Below are positions 48,438 through 58,542 of a stretch of DNA of 64,000 nt, one piece after another. The notes beneath the pieces are model-generated. The model made no database searches. It had not been told where the DNA came from and saw only the letters and a program-made list of their open reading frames with translations. The stretch's first letter is position 1, and every line of letters starts with the position of its first letter. The position numbers and the translations under genes were made by a program. Source of the DNA: an uncultured Clostridia bacterium (GTDB taxonomy: Bacteria > Bacillota > Clostridia > TANB77 > CAG-508); the NCBI GenBank assembly GCA_947626605.1, contig CANQSV010000004.1, positions 28,429 to 92,428 on the forward strand. The letters are read 5' to 3'.

Positions 48438-49322
48438 ATGGAAAAATCAAAAGTTTATTTTATTAAAGAAATAACTCCAGAAAATATTGTAAAAATATAT
48501 GAGAAATTAGAAACAAAATTAGAAGGCAAAGTAGCAGTTAAATTACATTCAGGAGAAAAAGGTAATCAGAATTTTATAAGACCAGAAATGGTTAAAAATA
48601 TTGTAGAACATGTAAATGGAACTGTTGTAGAATGTAATACTGCTTATGAAGGAGCTAGAAATTCTACAGAAAAGCATAAAAAATTATTAGAAGAACATGG
48701 TTGGAATAAATATTTTAATGTAGATCTATTAGATGCAGAAGGTCCAGATATGGTACTTCCAATCCCAAATGGCAGAATAATCAAAGAAAATTATGTTGGA
48801 AAAAATTTAGCTAATTATGATTCAATGTTAGTATTGTCTCATTTTAAAGGTCATGCAATGGGAGGCTATGGTGGAGCTTTAAAACAACTATCTATTGGAT
48901 GTAGTTCATCTGATGGAAAAACATGGATACACACAGCAGGAAAAGCTAAACATCAAGAAGAATTATGGGATAATTTACCTGAACAAGATAAATTCTTAGA
49001 AGCAATGGCAGATGCTGCATCATCAGTTGTTGAGCATTTTAAGGATAAAATCGTATTTATTAATATTATGAAGAATATCTCTGTTGATTGTGATTGCGCA
49101 AGTAATGCTGAAGCACCTTGTGTAAAAGATATTGGAATCTTAGCTTCTACAGATCCTGTTGCAATAGATCAAGCTTGTATAGACTTAGTTAAAAATTCAG
49201 GAGATCCAGGAACAGAACATTTCTTTGAAAGAGTAAATTCAAGACATGGAACACATACAATTGATGTGGCAGAAGAAATAGGAATAGGAAGTAAAGAATA
49301 CGATTTAATTAATATAGATTAA
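48438..49322 (+). CDS. DUF362-family protein
   Basis: The N-terminal SKVYFIK...KLHSGE pattern and the C-terminal CDC/C cluster (VDCDCASNAEAPC) recall DUF362 proteins. This is from memory and not verified. Confidence 0.45.
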   Translation: MEKSKVYFIKEITPENIVKIYEKLETKLEGKVAVKLHSGEKGNQNFIRPEMVKNIVEHVNGTVVECNTAYEGARNSTEKHKKLLEEHGWNKYFNVDLLDAEGPDMVLPIPNGRIIKENYVGKNLANYDSMLVLSHFKGHAMGGYGGALKQLSIGCSSSDGKTWIHTAGKAKHQEELWDNLPEQDKFLEAMADAASSVVEHFKDKIVFINIMKNISVDCDCASNAEAPCVKDIGILASTDPVAIDQACIDLVKNSGDPGTEHFFERVNSRHGTHTIDVAEEIGIGSKEYDLINID

Positions 49323-49351
49323 AAAATTTTGTAAACTAGGAGGAATGTAAA

Positions 49352-49918
49352 ATGGTAGAAAAAGTAGAAAGTATAAAAAAGCAAAATAAAATGGTTGAAA
49401 GTTTAAGAACTACAAAAGCTAAATATATTGTAGGAACAATTTTATTTAGTGGAATAGGAGTAGCTTTACCTAGAATTTTTCACATGCTTGCAGGTAGTGC
49501 AGCAGGAACAACATTTTTACCAATGCATATAGCAGTTTTAATGGCAGCACTTATATTTGGAGGTTTAAGTGCAAGTATTGTAGCAGGAAGTTCAGTAGTA
49601 TTTAGTTATTTATTAACAGGAATGCCAGCTTTAGCAAGATTGCCATATATGTTAATAGAACTTGTAATTTATGCAGTTTTACTAAGTGTTTTAAATAAAA
49701 AATTTAATTCTTATATATCATTAATCGCAACAATTATTTTAGGAAGAATCTTATATGCAGGAGTATTATTTGTTGCAGTTAATGGATTAGGATTACCTAC
49801 TTATGGAATATCTGTAATTGAAAGTATTAAAGCAGGATTACCTGGAATAGTAATTCAGCTAGCATGTGTGCCATTTATTTCAAAATTCATTAAGAAGGGA
49901 ATAGGTTTAGATGAATAA
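49352..49918 (+). CDS. ECF-transporter S-component-like membrane protein
   Basis: Five or six TM helices. The LPMHIAVL motif resembles S components such as ThiW/QueT. Confidence 0.45.
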   Translation: MVEKVESIKKQNKMVESLRTTKAKYIVGTILFSGIGVALPRIFHMLAGSAAGTTFLPMHIAVLMAALIFGGLSASIVAGSSVVFSYLLTGMPALARLPYMLIELVIYAVLLSVLNKKFNSYISLIATIILGRILYAGVLFVAVNGLGLPTYGISVIESIKAGLPGIVIQLACVPFISKFIKKGIGLDE

Positions 49919-50321
49919 ACTAGAGGATGTAAAGCAAGAACTATTAGAAAAGAAAGCATCATTGGTTGTATGCTATAAAAATGGAGAAATAAAAGATTAT
50001 TATCAAGATAGAATAAATGATATTAAAGATATATTAAGAGCTGACAAGAATGCTTTAAAAGATGCAACAGTAGCAGATAAAGTAATAGGAAAAGTGGCAT
50101 GTAGTATTTTAGCTGTTGCAGGAGTTAAAGAGATTTATGCTGATGTGATTAGTGAGTACGCTATTCCTGTATTAGAGGCAAATAATATAAGATATGAATA
50201 TAAAGAAAAGGTTGATTACATTATTAATCAAACAAAAACAGGAATGTGTCCAATGGAAAATAAGTATAAAGATGAAAACGATATAAATAAAATATACAAA
50301 GAAATGTTACAAATAATTTAG
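49911..50321 (+). CDS. Hypothetical protein (136 aa), translationally coupled to the upstream membrane protein
   Basis: 8-nt overlap with the upstream gene. No motif recognised. Confidence 0.3.
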   Translation: MNKLEDVKQELLEKKASLVVCYKNGEIKDYYQDRINDIKDILRADKNALKDATVADKVIGKVACSILAVAGVKEIYADVISEYAIPVLEANNIRYEYKEKVDYIINQTKTGMCPMENKYKDENDINKIYKEMLQII

Positions 50322-50388
50322 CATATAAATTTATACAATTTTTATTTTAAAAATAATTAATATTTTAAAATAAAGGAAAGGATAAAAC

Positions 50389-53300
50389 ATGAAAAGAACA
50401 CTGAAAATCACAATTGTAATTACTTTATTATTTGCTTTAATTTGTCCAAATTTTGCTGTTATAGCTGCAGATTTAACAAACAATGAAGCAAATACTGCTA
50501 CAGTGGAAGAGCAAGATAATGAGCAAGTAAATAATAGCAGTGGTGTAACAGAAAAAACACCAGAAGAGAATAATGAAAATGCCGACACAACTGTTAGTAA
50601 TGAAGACAACGAAGATGTAAAAAATGGTGATAATCAAGACAAGGAAGTGTCAAAATCAGAGGACAATGGTGAAGATGTATCTGATGAGAAAACTAAACAA
50701 ACAGAGCAAGTAGATGAACCAGAAAAATCAGATGAAGCAGAACAATCAAATAATAATTCTAAACAAGAAGAGCCAGGAGTAGATGATAAAACAACAACAG
50801 ATGAGTCTACTGAAAACAATCAAGATGATAGCAATAAAAAAGATGAAGATGCAGATAAGAATGAAGAGCAAGAAGATAAGTCTGGAAAACTATTCATTAA
50901 TATTGATTTAAGATTACCACAAGCATCACCTAAATTTGATGTTACTTTGAAAAAAGGTGATAAAGCTGTAAGCGATAAGCCAACAATTAATAAAAATGAT
51001 GATGGCACAATGGTTTATTATACCTTCGATGGTTTAGAACCAGGTGATGATTATAAATTAACAATTTCAGGAAAAGGATATATACCTTTTTCACAAACAC
51101 TAGAGATAAAATCTAAAACAACTTCAGAAATTAGTTTTACTAATGGGTATGATAGTTCTGAATTACATGATGATGAAAATCATAATATTATAGGAAAAAA
51201 AGGATATGGCGTTGTACCTATTGGAGATTTTAATTCTGATAAACAAATTGATGAGAAAGATACTAATGCAATAGTTAATAGAATAGAAGAGAATTCTAAA
51301 AAGTCTTCAAAAAATCAAAATGTTAATGGCGATTTGAATGGAGATAACCAAATAGATATTGTAGATTTATCTTATGCTTTTATTAACAGAAAAGAGAAAA
51401 ATCAGATAATAACTGGATTAGTTTCTTTTATATCTCAAGTTCCAGAAAATGCAAAAATTACTACAGATAAAACGGAAATTGCTAATGGAGTAAAAATTGA
51501 AGAAATATTTAAGAATGATGGAGATTATGTATCTTTAAAACCAACAAATGGTGAAGAGATAGATAAAGCTCATCCAGTATCAATAGAATTGGAATTGGAA
51601 GAAGAAAAAAGTGAAATACCAGCACAAGAGATTACTATAGCTCCATCTTCAAATCCAGAAAATAATATTGAAGCTGGTAGTGTATCTGTTGTTGGAATTG
51701 ATGAGAATGGAAAAGAAGTTACTATAGAATGTGATTTCGATAAAGATACTGAGGGACAACCTGTAACTCATGGATCAAATGAAATAAAACCAATAGCAAC
51801 TTTAGCTTCTACAAAGCCAGTTAAAATAGCAGTTAATGATACTCAAGTAAAAAATTCAGCTGTTTCTTTTAATGCTGATGGAACAATAGTAGTTGATTTG
51901 GGTGGAAAAATTGCTGTTAAGAAAATAACAATAACAGTAACTAAAACAAAAAGTAATAAATTAGCAGATATATCAAAGGTAGAATTTTTAAATGGAATGT
52001 CAGATAAAATTCCAGAACCAGTATTAAGTATACCTGAAAATGTATCAGCAAAAGCAACTGAATATGATATAACAGTAAGTTGGGATTATGTACCTAATGT
52101 TACAGGTTATGAAGTTTTCGTAACAAATACAAAAACTAATAAATCAGAAACTTTCCATGCAGATGGTCATGTTCTAAAAATAGAAAGATTTGATAATGAT
52201 TTTATAAAAAATATGTTAAAGCAAAAGTTTGCTATACAAGTACGTTCTGTAAATGGTGAATGGGTAAGTGGATATAGTACTCCAATTGTATATGCAACTC
52301 CAACATCAGATGGAATACCAAATCCACCAACAGGAGTAAATTTAACTGGAGCATATAAAGAAATTCAAGTTACTTGGGATGCAGATAGTAAAGCTGATTC
52401 TTATGAAGTTTGGTATAGACCTTATGAAAGTGGAGATTTTATACAATTAGAACCAGAAAAAACAATAACAGATTCAAAATATACAATTAAGAACTTAGTA
52501 GAAAAGACTAAATATCAAGTATATGTAGTTAGTGTAAATAATCATGGTAAGAGTGCTCCTTCTGTAATAAATACTGCAGAAACAACAACAACACAACCAG
52601 TTAAAATGCCAAAACGTAATCTAATAAATACAGCAAATAAAGCAGGAACTCTTACAAATCATATTAAAGATGTAAAATTAAATAATGGTTATATGGTAGG
52701 AAGTTCATTAGATGGAACTGCAAAAACAGCAAAAGGTGTAGTTGATAACAGTTATGAATCTTATTTCCAAGTAGATGACTGGGATGTTGGAGGATGGTAT
52801 GCTGGTGAAAAAACACCAACAATAACATTCGATAAAAAATATAAAATGAATTACTTTACTATTGCACAAGCTGAATGGCTTGGAACAATTGGTTATGCAA
52901 AGGTAACATATTATGAAGGAACAAAAGCAACAACTGTTCCTGCATCACAAGTGTACACAGCACAAGATGAAGATGGAAATAACTATACAGTAGTTAAATT
53001 ACCAAAACCAATAACAACTGACAAGATTAGTATAGGAATTGGTAGAACAAATCAAGGGTTAAGAAAAATCACTATTGCAGAAATGTGCTTCTATAAATAT
53101 GATGATTTAGAAGAAAGAATCAATGATTTATATAGTGATCAAATGCATATTCAATTAAAAGATAGTGTAACAGAAGCAACAATTGAAAAGTTAGAAAAAG
53201 AATTAAATACAAAAGACAAGACAACAGGAGAATATCATCCAGAAAAAGAAAAATTACAAGATGAAATTGATACAGCAAAAGAAATTTTAGCTAATGGAGC

Positions 53301-56130
53301 AAAATTAACTAAAACAACTAAAATTGATACAAATGTTACTAAATTCTATGATGGACATATTGAATTTACTGGAGGATTAAATGCATGGCAACCATTAGGA
53401 GCTGTTGCATATTCAGGAGATGAAATAACTGTTTATGTAGGAAATGAATATAAAACTATTGGTGAAAGCACAAACTTAGAATTAATTATCACACAATATC
53501 ATGCACAAGCAGGTAATGGATGGAAACAAACATATAAATTATCTGTAGGCAAAAATGTAATAACTGTACCTCAATTTACTACTTATGATGTTGAAAAAGG
53601 TGGTTCTTTATACATAAATTATACAGGATTAAAAGATGATCATCCATTTAAGTCATTTGAAAATAGCTATGGTGTAAGAGTTGAAGGAGCATATGAAATT
53701 CCAGTATTGGATTTAACAAAAGTATCTAGTGAAAAAGATAGAAAAGAAGCAGTTAAGAAATATGTAAAAGAACTAGAAGATGTTGTTAAGAATATTGAAG
53801 CAAAGCATAATTCAGAGTGTGTATCAAAAGATAGAATAAATAAAAATTATAATGATGACAACGGAATAAATAGCACAAAGAGAAACTGCTTAATTGGAGC
53901 AACAGAAATCGTATTAGATCAAATTATGTTGTCAGCATCTTCTGAGCAAATTCTTGCAGGTTTAGGAGAAGGTTCAACAGATGAAAAAGCAGATAAATTA
54001 TATAGTTCAATGTGTGCAATGGAAGATATGGTAGATTTGTTCTATTCATACAAAGGACTTAGCAAGGATTCAGTAGCAGGTGCTAAAAATCAATATCCAA
54101 AGAGTAGATTAAATATACGTTATATGAGAATGTCTGGAAGAGCATTTATGTATGCTGGAGGAGAACATATAGGTATAGAATGGCCAGAGTTACAAATATT
54201 AGCTCAAGGTGAAAAAATAAAGACAACAACTAAAAATAATGTTAAAGGTGCATATGAATCTGGTAACTATTTTGGATGGGGTATTGCACATGAAATAGGA
54301 CATGTAATCAATCAACAAGCTTATGTATATGGAGAAGTTACAAATAATTATTTCGCTTTATTGTCACAAGCTAAAGATACAAATGAATCAATCAGATTTA
54401 AGTATGCAGATGTATATGAAAAAGTAACCTCTGGAAAGATTGGAAAATGTCAAGATGTATTTACACAATTAGGTTTATATTGGCAATTACATTTGGCTTA
54501 TGATAAAGGTGGATATAACTTTGTTACTTATGATACTTATAAAGAGTGGTTTGATAATTCAATTTTCGGAAGAATGGATACATATGCAAGAGATACATCA
54601 AAAGCACCTAAAGCAAAGGAAAATGGAGTAGATTTAAAACTAGAAAAATCAGATACAGATAATAATCTAATGAGATTAGCTTGTGCAGCTACAGAGAAGA
54701 ACCTATTAGAATTCTTTGAAAAATGGGGATTAGTTCCAAATGCTGATACAAAAGCATACGCAAAACAATGGCCAAAAGAAACTAGAGCAATTTATTATAT
54801 AAATGATGATGCTAGAACTTATCAATTAGAGAAAAAGTCAAAAATGAAAGATAATACAAAAGTAGTTGCATCAGCAAAGATTGGAAGTCAAGGAAATCAA
54901 GTAGAAATAAAAATAAATAATAACAATAAAGAAGCAAACAAAGATGCAATGTTAGGTTATGAAATAATAAGAACATATATGCAAAATGATGTAGAAAAAT
55001 CTGATATAGTAGCATTTGTAACAGCAGATGGTACTACAAAGGATATAGTATATACTGACACAATAGAGTTATTAAACAATAGAGTATTTACTTATAAAGT
55101 TGTAGCTTATGATAAGTATTTAGAAAAAACAGAAATATGTGTATTAGATCCAATAAAAGTTTCACATAAAGGAATTATATCTGGAAATAAAAATTGGACA
55201 ATAGAAACCAACTTAAAGTCTGAAGGGGATGTGGTTAAAACACCAGATAGTGATTCACCAGATGCAGAAGGAATTGACAAGAAAATTGTAGACATAATTG
55301 ATAATAATCATGATAATGAATATGTTGCAAAAGAAACTTATGATGGAAAACCAGCAACATTCACAATATCTTTAGATACAGTAAAGAGAATAGTAGGATT
55401 TAAGTATACAGCTAAAAATGATGTAAAACTAGAAAACTACACAGTTGAAATAAGTATGGATGGAGAAAAATGGGAAACTGTCAAAACAGTTGAAAAAGCA
55501 GAAAAATCTAATGAAGTTTACTTTAATAAAGAAAATGATGATAAATTATACATGTATGATACATCATTTATAAGATTTACTTTTAAAGATACAAAATTAA
55601 CACTTTCTGAAATTGAATTTATTGGTCAAACAGGAGATAATGTTGATCTTGTATTAAATGGAATTGGTAAATTAGATAAAGAAGTTACTTTAGGAACAAG
55701 TGATGCTACAGGTGCAAAAGTAGTAATTCCAAAAGATGCTATAGTATTCACAGGACAATACAAAGGAAATCCAGCATACAATGTTGTAAAATTATGGAAT
55801 CAAGATAATGAGTTGATTTCAGGAAGTCAAACATTCTTTGCAAATCCTGTAGAAAAAGGTGGAGAACTTGGAGAAGTAAGCGAAGGCTTATGGTTCTATT
55901 GGGTTGAACCTACTATGGAAGACGAAGATGGAAAGAAAGTTGAGAATCCAGCATATAAAGAAATACTAAGTGGAACAGGCAAATATTCTGTTAGAGCTGA
56001 ATTATATCGTGTAGATAATGCTATGACATTAGAGGGAGAAAGATTAACAAGTGATTCTTATAGAGTTGAAGTACCAAAAGAAATGCCAAAAATACAATTA
56101 AATACAGATGGAAACATACAAGGAAAATAA
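50389..56130 (+). CDS. Secreted multidomain M60-like zinc metallopeptidase (Zmp-type) with an acidic linker, a dockerin, FN3 domains and F5/8 type C (CBM32-like) domains
   Basis: Signal peptide. D/E/N-rich region. Dockerin Ca-binding repeats DFNSDKQIDEKD and DLNGDNQIDIVD (nt about 51220-51380). FN3-like segments. HEIGH plus a downstream Glu (nt about 54288-54350), consistent with M60 HExxHx(8-28)E. Discoidin-like domains on both sides. Confidence 0.75.
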   Translation: MKRTLKITIVITLLFALICPNFAVIAADLTNNEANTATVEEQDNEQVNNSSGVTEKTPEENNENADTTVSNEDNEDVKNGDNQDKEVSKSEDNGEDVSDEKTKQTEQVDEPEKSDEAEQSNNNSKQEEPGVDDKTTTDESTENNQDDSNKKDEDADKNEEQEDKSGKLFINIDLRLPQASPKFDVTLKKGDKAVSDKPTINKNDDGTMVYYTFDGLEPGDDYKLTISGKGYIPFSQTLEIKSKTTSEISFTNGYDSSELHDDENHNIIGKKGYGVVPIGDFNSDKQIDEKDTNAIVNRIEENSKKSSKNQNVNGDLNGDNQIDIVDLSYAFINRKEKNQIITGLVSFISQVPENAKITTDKTEIANGVKIEEIFKNDGDYVSLKPTNGEEIDKAHPVSIELELEEEKSEIPAQEITIAPSSNPENNIEAGSVSVVGIDENGKEVTIECDFDKDTEGQPVTHGSNEIKPIATLASTKPVKIAVNDTQVKNSAVSFNADGTIVVDLGGKIAVKKITITVTKTKSNKLADISKVEFLNGMSDKIPEPVLSIPENVSAKATEYDITVSWDYVPNVTGYEVFVTNTKTNKSETFHADGHVLKIERFDNDFIKNMLKQKFAIQVRSVNGEWVSGYSTPIVYATPTSDGIPNPPTGVNLTGAYKEIQVTWDADSKADSYEVWYRPYESGDFIQLEPEKTITDSKYTIKNLVEKTKYQVYVVSVNNHGKSAPSVINTAETTTTQPVKMPKRNLINTANKAGTLTNHIKDVKLNNGYMVGSSLDGTAKTAKGVVDNSYESYFQVDDWDVGGWYAGEKTPTITFDKKYKMNYFTIAQAEWLGTIGYAKVTYYEGTKATTVPASQVYTAQDEDGNNYTVVKLPKPITTDKISIGIGRTNQGLRKITIAEMCFYKYDDLEERINDLYSDQMHIQLKDSVTEATIEKLEKELNTKDKTTGEYHPEKEKLQDEIDTAKEILANGAKLTKTTKIDTNVTKFYDGHIEFTGGLNAWQPLGAVAYSGDEITVYVGNEYKTIGESTNLELIITQYHAQAGNGWKQTYKLSVGKNVITVPQFTTYDVEKGGSLYINYTGLKDDHPFKSFENSYGVRVEGAYEIPVLDLTKVSSEKDRKEAVKKYVKELEDVVKNIEAKHNSECVSKDRINKNYNDDNGINSTKRNCLIGATEIVLDQIMLSASSEQILAGLGEGSTDEKADKLYSSMCAMEDMVDLFYSYKGLSKDSVAGAKNQYPKSRLNIRYMRMSGRAFMYAGGEHIGIEWPELQILAQGEKIKTTTKNNVKGAYESGNYFGWGIAHEIGHVINQQAYVYGEVTNNYFALLSQAKDTNESIRFKYADVYEKVTSGKIGKCQDVFTQLGLYWQLHLAYDKGGYNFVTYDTYKEWFDNSIFGRMDTYARDTSKAPKAKENGVDLKLEKSDTDNNLMRLACAATEKNLLEFFEKWGLVPNADTKAYAKQWPKETRAIYYINDDARTYQLEKKSKMKDNTKVVASAKIGSQGNQVEIKINNNNKEANKDAMLGYEIIRTYMQNDVEKSDIVAFVTADGTTKDIVYTDTIELLNNRVFTYKVVAYDKYLEKTEICVLDPIKVSHKGIISGNKNWTIETNLKSEGDVVKTPDSDSPDAEGIDKKIVDIIDNNHDNEYVAKETYDGKPATFTISLDTVKRIVGFKYTAKNDVKLENYTVEISMDGEKWETVKTVEKAEKSNEVYFNKENDDKLYMYDTSFIRFTFKDTKLTLSEIEFIGQTGDNVDLVLNGIGKLDKEVTLGTSDATGAKVVIPKDAIVFTGQYKGNPAYNVVKLWNQDNELISGSQTFFANPVEKGGELGEVSEGLWFYWVEPTMEDEDGKKVENPAYKEILSGTGKYSVRAELYRVDNAMTLEGERLTSDSYRVEVPKEMPKIQLNTDGNIQGK

Positions 56131-56213
56131 GAATTAATTCTGTAAAGTAATCTTTATAGATTACTTTACAGAAGACTGAATTTAAATCTAGTAAATTTAA
56201 TAAGGAGGACAAA

Positions 56214-57596
56214 ATGAATTTTAATAGAAAAAGAATCATTCAAATAGCAGTTATTCTTCTAATTATTGCTTTGTTGGCAAGTATTGCATATAAAATTTCT
56301 ATTGCAAATAATGTAGAGTCTAATGCAACAGAGGTTATACAAAGAGATAGAACAAATGTAATATTAACTCAAGATACTGAAAATCCAGATATTGTTCATG
56401 TAAATTTAGGTATGGCAGATGTTGATAGTGTAGCATCTTTTCAAATTGGTTTAGATATAAATGTAGATAGTGAAGTAAATTATAAATTTGATTGGAATAA
56501 AAAATTCAATAATAGTGATGTATTTACAGATGTAAAATATACTGATGAAAGTAATGGACCAGATACTGATAGAGTTAATATTTACTATGTAGGAACAGAA
56601 GAATTAAATATAAATGAAGTAGATAATATAGAATTAGGGACTTTAGAATTTACAGTTCCTGAAGACATAAAAGAAACTTCAGTAACAATAACACCAGTAA
56701 ATGAATTTTCAAAAGTATCTTCAATAGGGCATAATGCAACAAAAATAGATGTTAAATTACCAGATGATAGCTTTGGACCAGCTAATATAAAAGCTGAATC
56801 TAAAATAGAAGAAGCTATACCTTTGAAATCTATATCTCTTAATAAAACAAAAACTACTATAAATGTTGGTGAAACAGAAAAATTAACAGTTTCTTTTGAT
56901 CCAGACAATACAACAGATAGTAAAGATATAATATGGGAATCTAGTAATTTTGATTATGTAACAGTTACAGATGATGGTGAGATAAAAGGTATAAAGCCAA
57001 CACCAGAAGGTGAAGAAATAACTATTACAGCAATGACTTTAGGAGAAAAAGTTGCAGAATGCAAAGTAACTGTAGTGGGAAAAGTTGCAAAATTAGAAGG
57101 TGTAACTTTAGATAAACATGAAATAGAATTACAAGAAGGTGAAACAGATAAATTAACTGCAACACTAGTACCTTCAAATGCAGAAAATACTGAAATCGAA
57201 TTTTCTTCTTCTGATAAATCAATTGTAACAGTTAATGATGATGGAGAAATTAAGGCGATAAAAGAAGGCACAGCAACAATAACTGTAACAGCAGGTGAAT
57301 TTACAGATACTTGCACAGTAACAGTTAAGAAAGCATCTAAAGCAGATACAGATTCATCAGATGATGAACCATCTTATGATAGTGATGAAGAATTATCAGG
57401 TGATAATGAACAACAATCAGAAGAAAAAGTAAATAAAGATGATAATACAGAAAACTCTACTTCTGATGAAGATGATGGAGGAATACCAAAAACTGGAGAT
57501 ATTGCAGTAGAATTATTTGTAGTGCTAATGATAGTTTCAGGCTTAGGAATAGTATTTATTATAATAAGTAAAAAGAAAAATAAAAATAAAAAATAA
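56214..57596 (+). CDS. Cell-wall-anchored protein with an N-terminal beta-rich module (possible cohesin), two Big_2 Ig-like domains and an IPKTG sorting signal
   Basis: Signal/TM region. Big_2-like repeats (ISLNKTKTTINVGETEKLTV... and VTLDKHEIELQEGETDKLTA...). An acidic S/D/E linker. C-terminal IPKTGD, hydrophobic segment and KKKNKNKK tail. Confidence 0.6.
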   Translation: MNFNRKRIIQIAVILLIIALLASIAYKISIANNVESNATEVIQRDRTNVILTQDTENPDIVHVNLGMADVDSVASFQIGLDINVDSEVNYKFDWNKKFNNSDVFTDVKYTDESNGPDTDRVNIYYVGTEELNINEVDNIELGTLEFTVPEDIKETSVTITPVNEFSKVSSIGHNATKIDVKLPDDSFGPANIKAESKIEEAIPLKSISLNKTKTTINVGETEKLTVSFDPDNTTDSKDIIWESSNFDYVTVTDDGEIKGIKPTPEGEEITITAMTLGEKVAECKVTVVGKVAKLEGVTLDKHEIELQEGETDKLTATLVPSNAENTEIEFSSSDKSIVTVNDDGEIKAIKEGTATITVTAGEFTDTCTVTVKKASKADTDSSDDEPSYDSDEELSGDNEQQSEEKVNKDDNTENSTSDEDDGGIPKTGDIAVELFVVLMIVSGLGIVFIIISKKKNKNKK

Positions 57597-57608
57597 TTAA
57601 ATATAAAA

Positions 57609-57655
57609 CATAGGCTTTTATATAACTTATATAAAAGCCTATGATGTATTTTTAT
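57609..57655 (+). terminator. Intrinsic terminator cataggcttttatataacttatataaaagcctatg
   Basis: Long perfect stem with a T-rich tail. Confidence 0.5.
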
Positions 57656-57731
57656 AATTAAGATAATTTGCAAAATCATTGATGTTAATATATGCAATAA
57701 TTTTGCAAATTACCTTGAAAGGAAAGAATTT

Positions 57732-58520
57732 ATGAAAAAAAACAATAGAGAAGGAAAGAGAATAAAAAAATCTGAAAAAAATATATCAACAAAAAATATT
57801 TCGAGAATACAAAATATCTTATTAATAATTTTTATAATTATATTTATATTTTCAGGAATTAAATTACTAAGTTGGTATATAAGAACGGGAAAATCACAAG
57901 AAAAATATGAGGAATTAGCAAAAGAGGTAGTACAGGAAACAGAAAATATAGAAGAGAATATTGTAGATTTTAGTAAATTAAAGGAAATAAATTCAGATAT
58001 AGTAGCATGGATAAAAATAGATGGAACAGTAATTAATTATCCTATAGTACAAAGTTTTGACAATAAATATTATTTAGACAAGAACTTCTATAGAGAAAAA
58101 GATAGTACAGGAACTTTGTTTTTAGAGTCAAAAAATAAAAAGGATTTTAGTGAAAATAATACAGTAATCTATGGACATAATATAAAAAGAGGTACTATGT
58201 TTGCAGATTTAATAAAAATATATAATGGCGAGTTAGGCAAAGATGTTAATATTGAGATATACACACCTGATAAAAAAATGACTTTTAAGGTACTTTCTAG
58301 TTATGCAATAAAATCAGATGATACATATGCAGTAAATACAGATATTGGAAAGTATGAAATGGAAGAATACAAAAGAACAATTAAGCAAAAGAGTGAAAAA
58401 GAATTTAAAGGTGATGCAGATGAAGTAGAAAGAGTTTTAACACTTTCTACTTGTGACAAAACGGGCAAAAAAAGAATAATTGTACATGCTGAATTATTTG
58501 AAGAACTTCAGTTGCAATAA
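57732..58520 (+). CDS. srtB: Class B sortase (paralog of the 19526-20310 gene)
   Basis: N-terminal TM, VIYGHN, TLSTC active-site Cys and RIIVHA Arg. Confidence 0.7.
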   Translation: MKKNNREGKRIKKSEKNISTKNISRIQNILLIIFIIIFIFSGIKLLSWYIRTGKSQEKYEELAKEVVQETENIEENIVDFSKLKEINSDIVAWIKIDGTVINYPIVQSFDNKYYLDKNFYREKDSTGTLFLESKNKKDFSENNTVIYGHNIKRGTMFADLIKIYNGELGKDVNIEIYTPDKKMTFKVLSSYAIKSDDTYAVNTDIGKYEMEEYKRTIKQKSEKEFKGDADEVERVLTLSTCDKTGKKRIIVHAELFEELQLQ

Positions 58521-58542
58521 AATACATACTAAGGAGAAAAAG

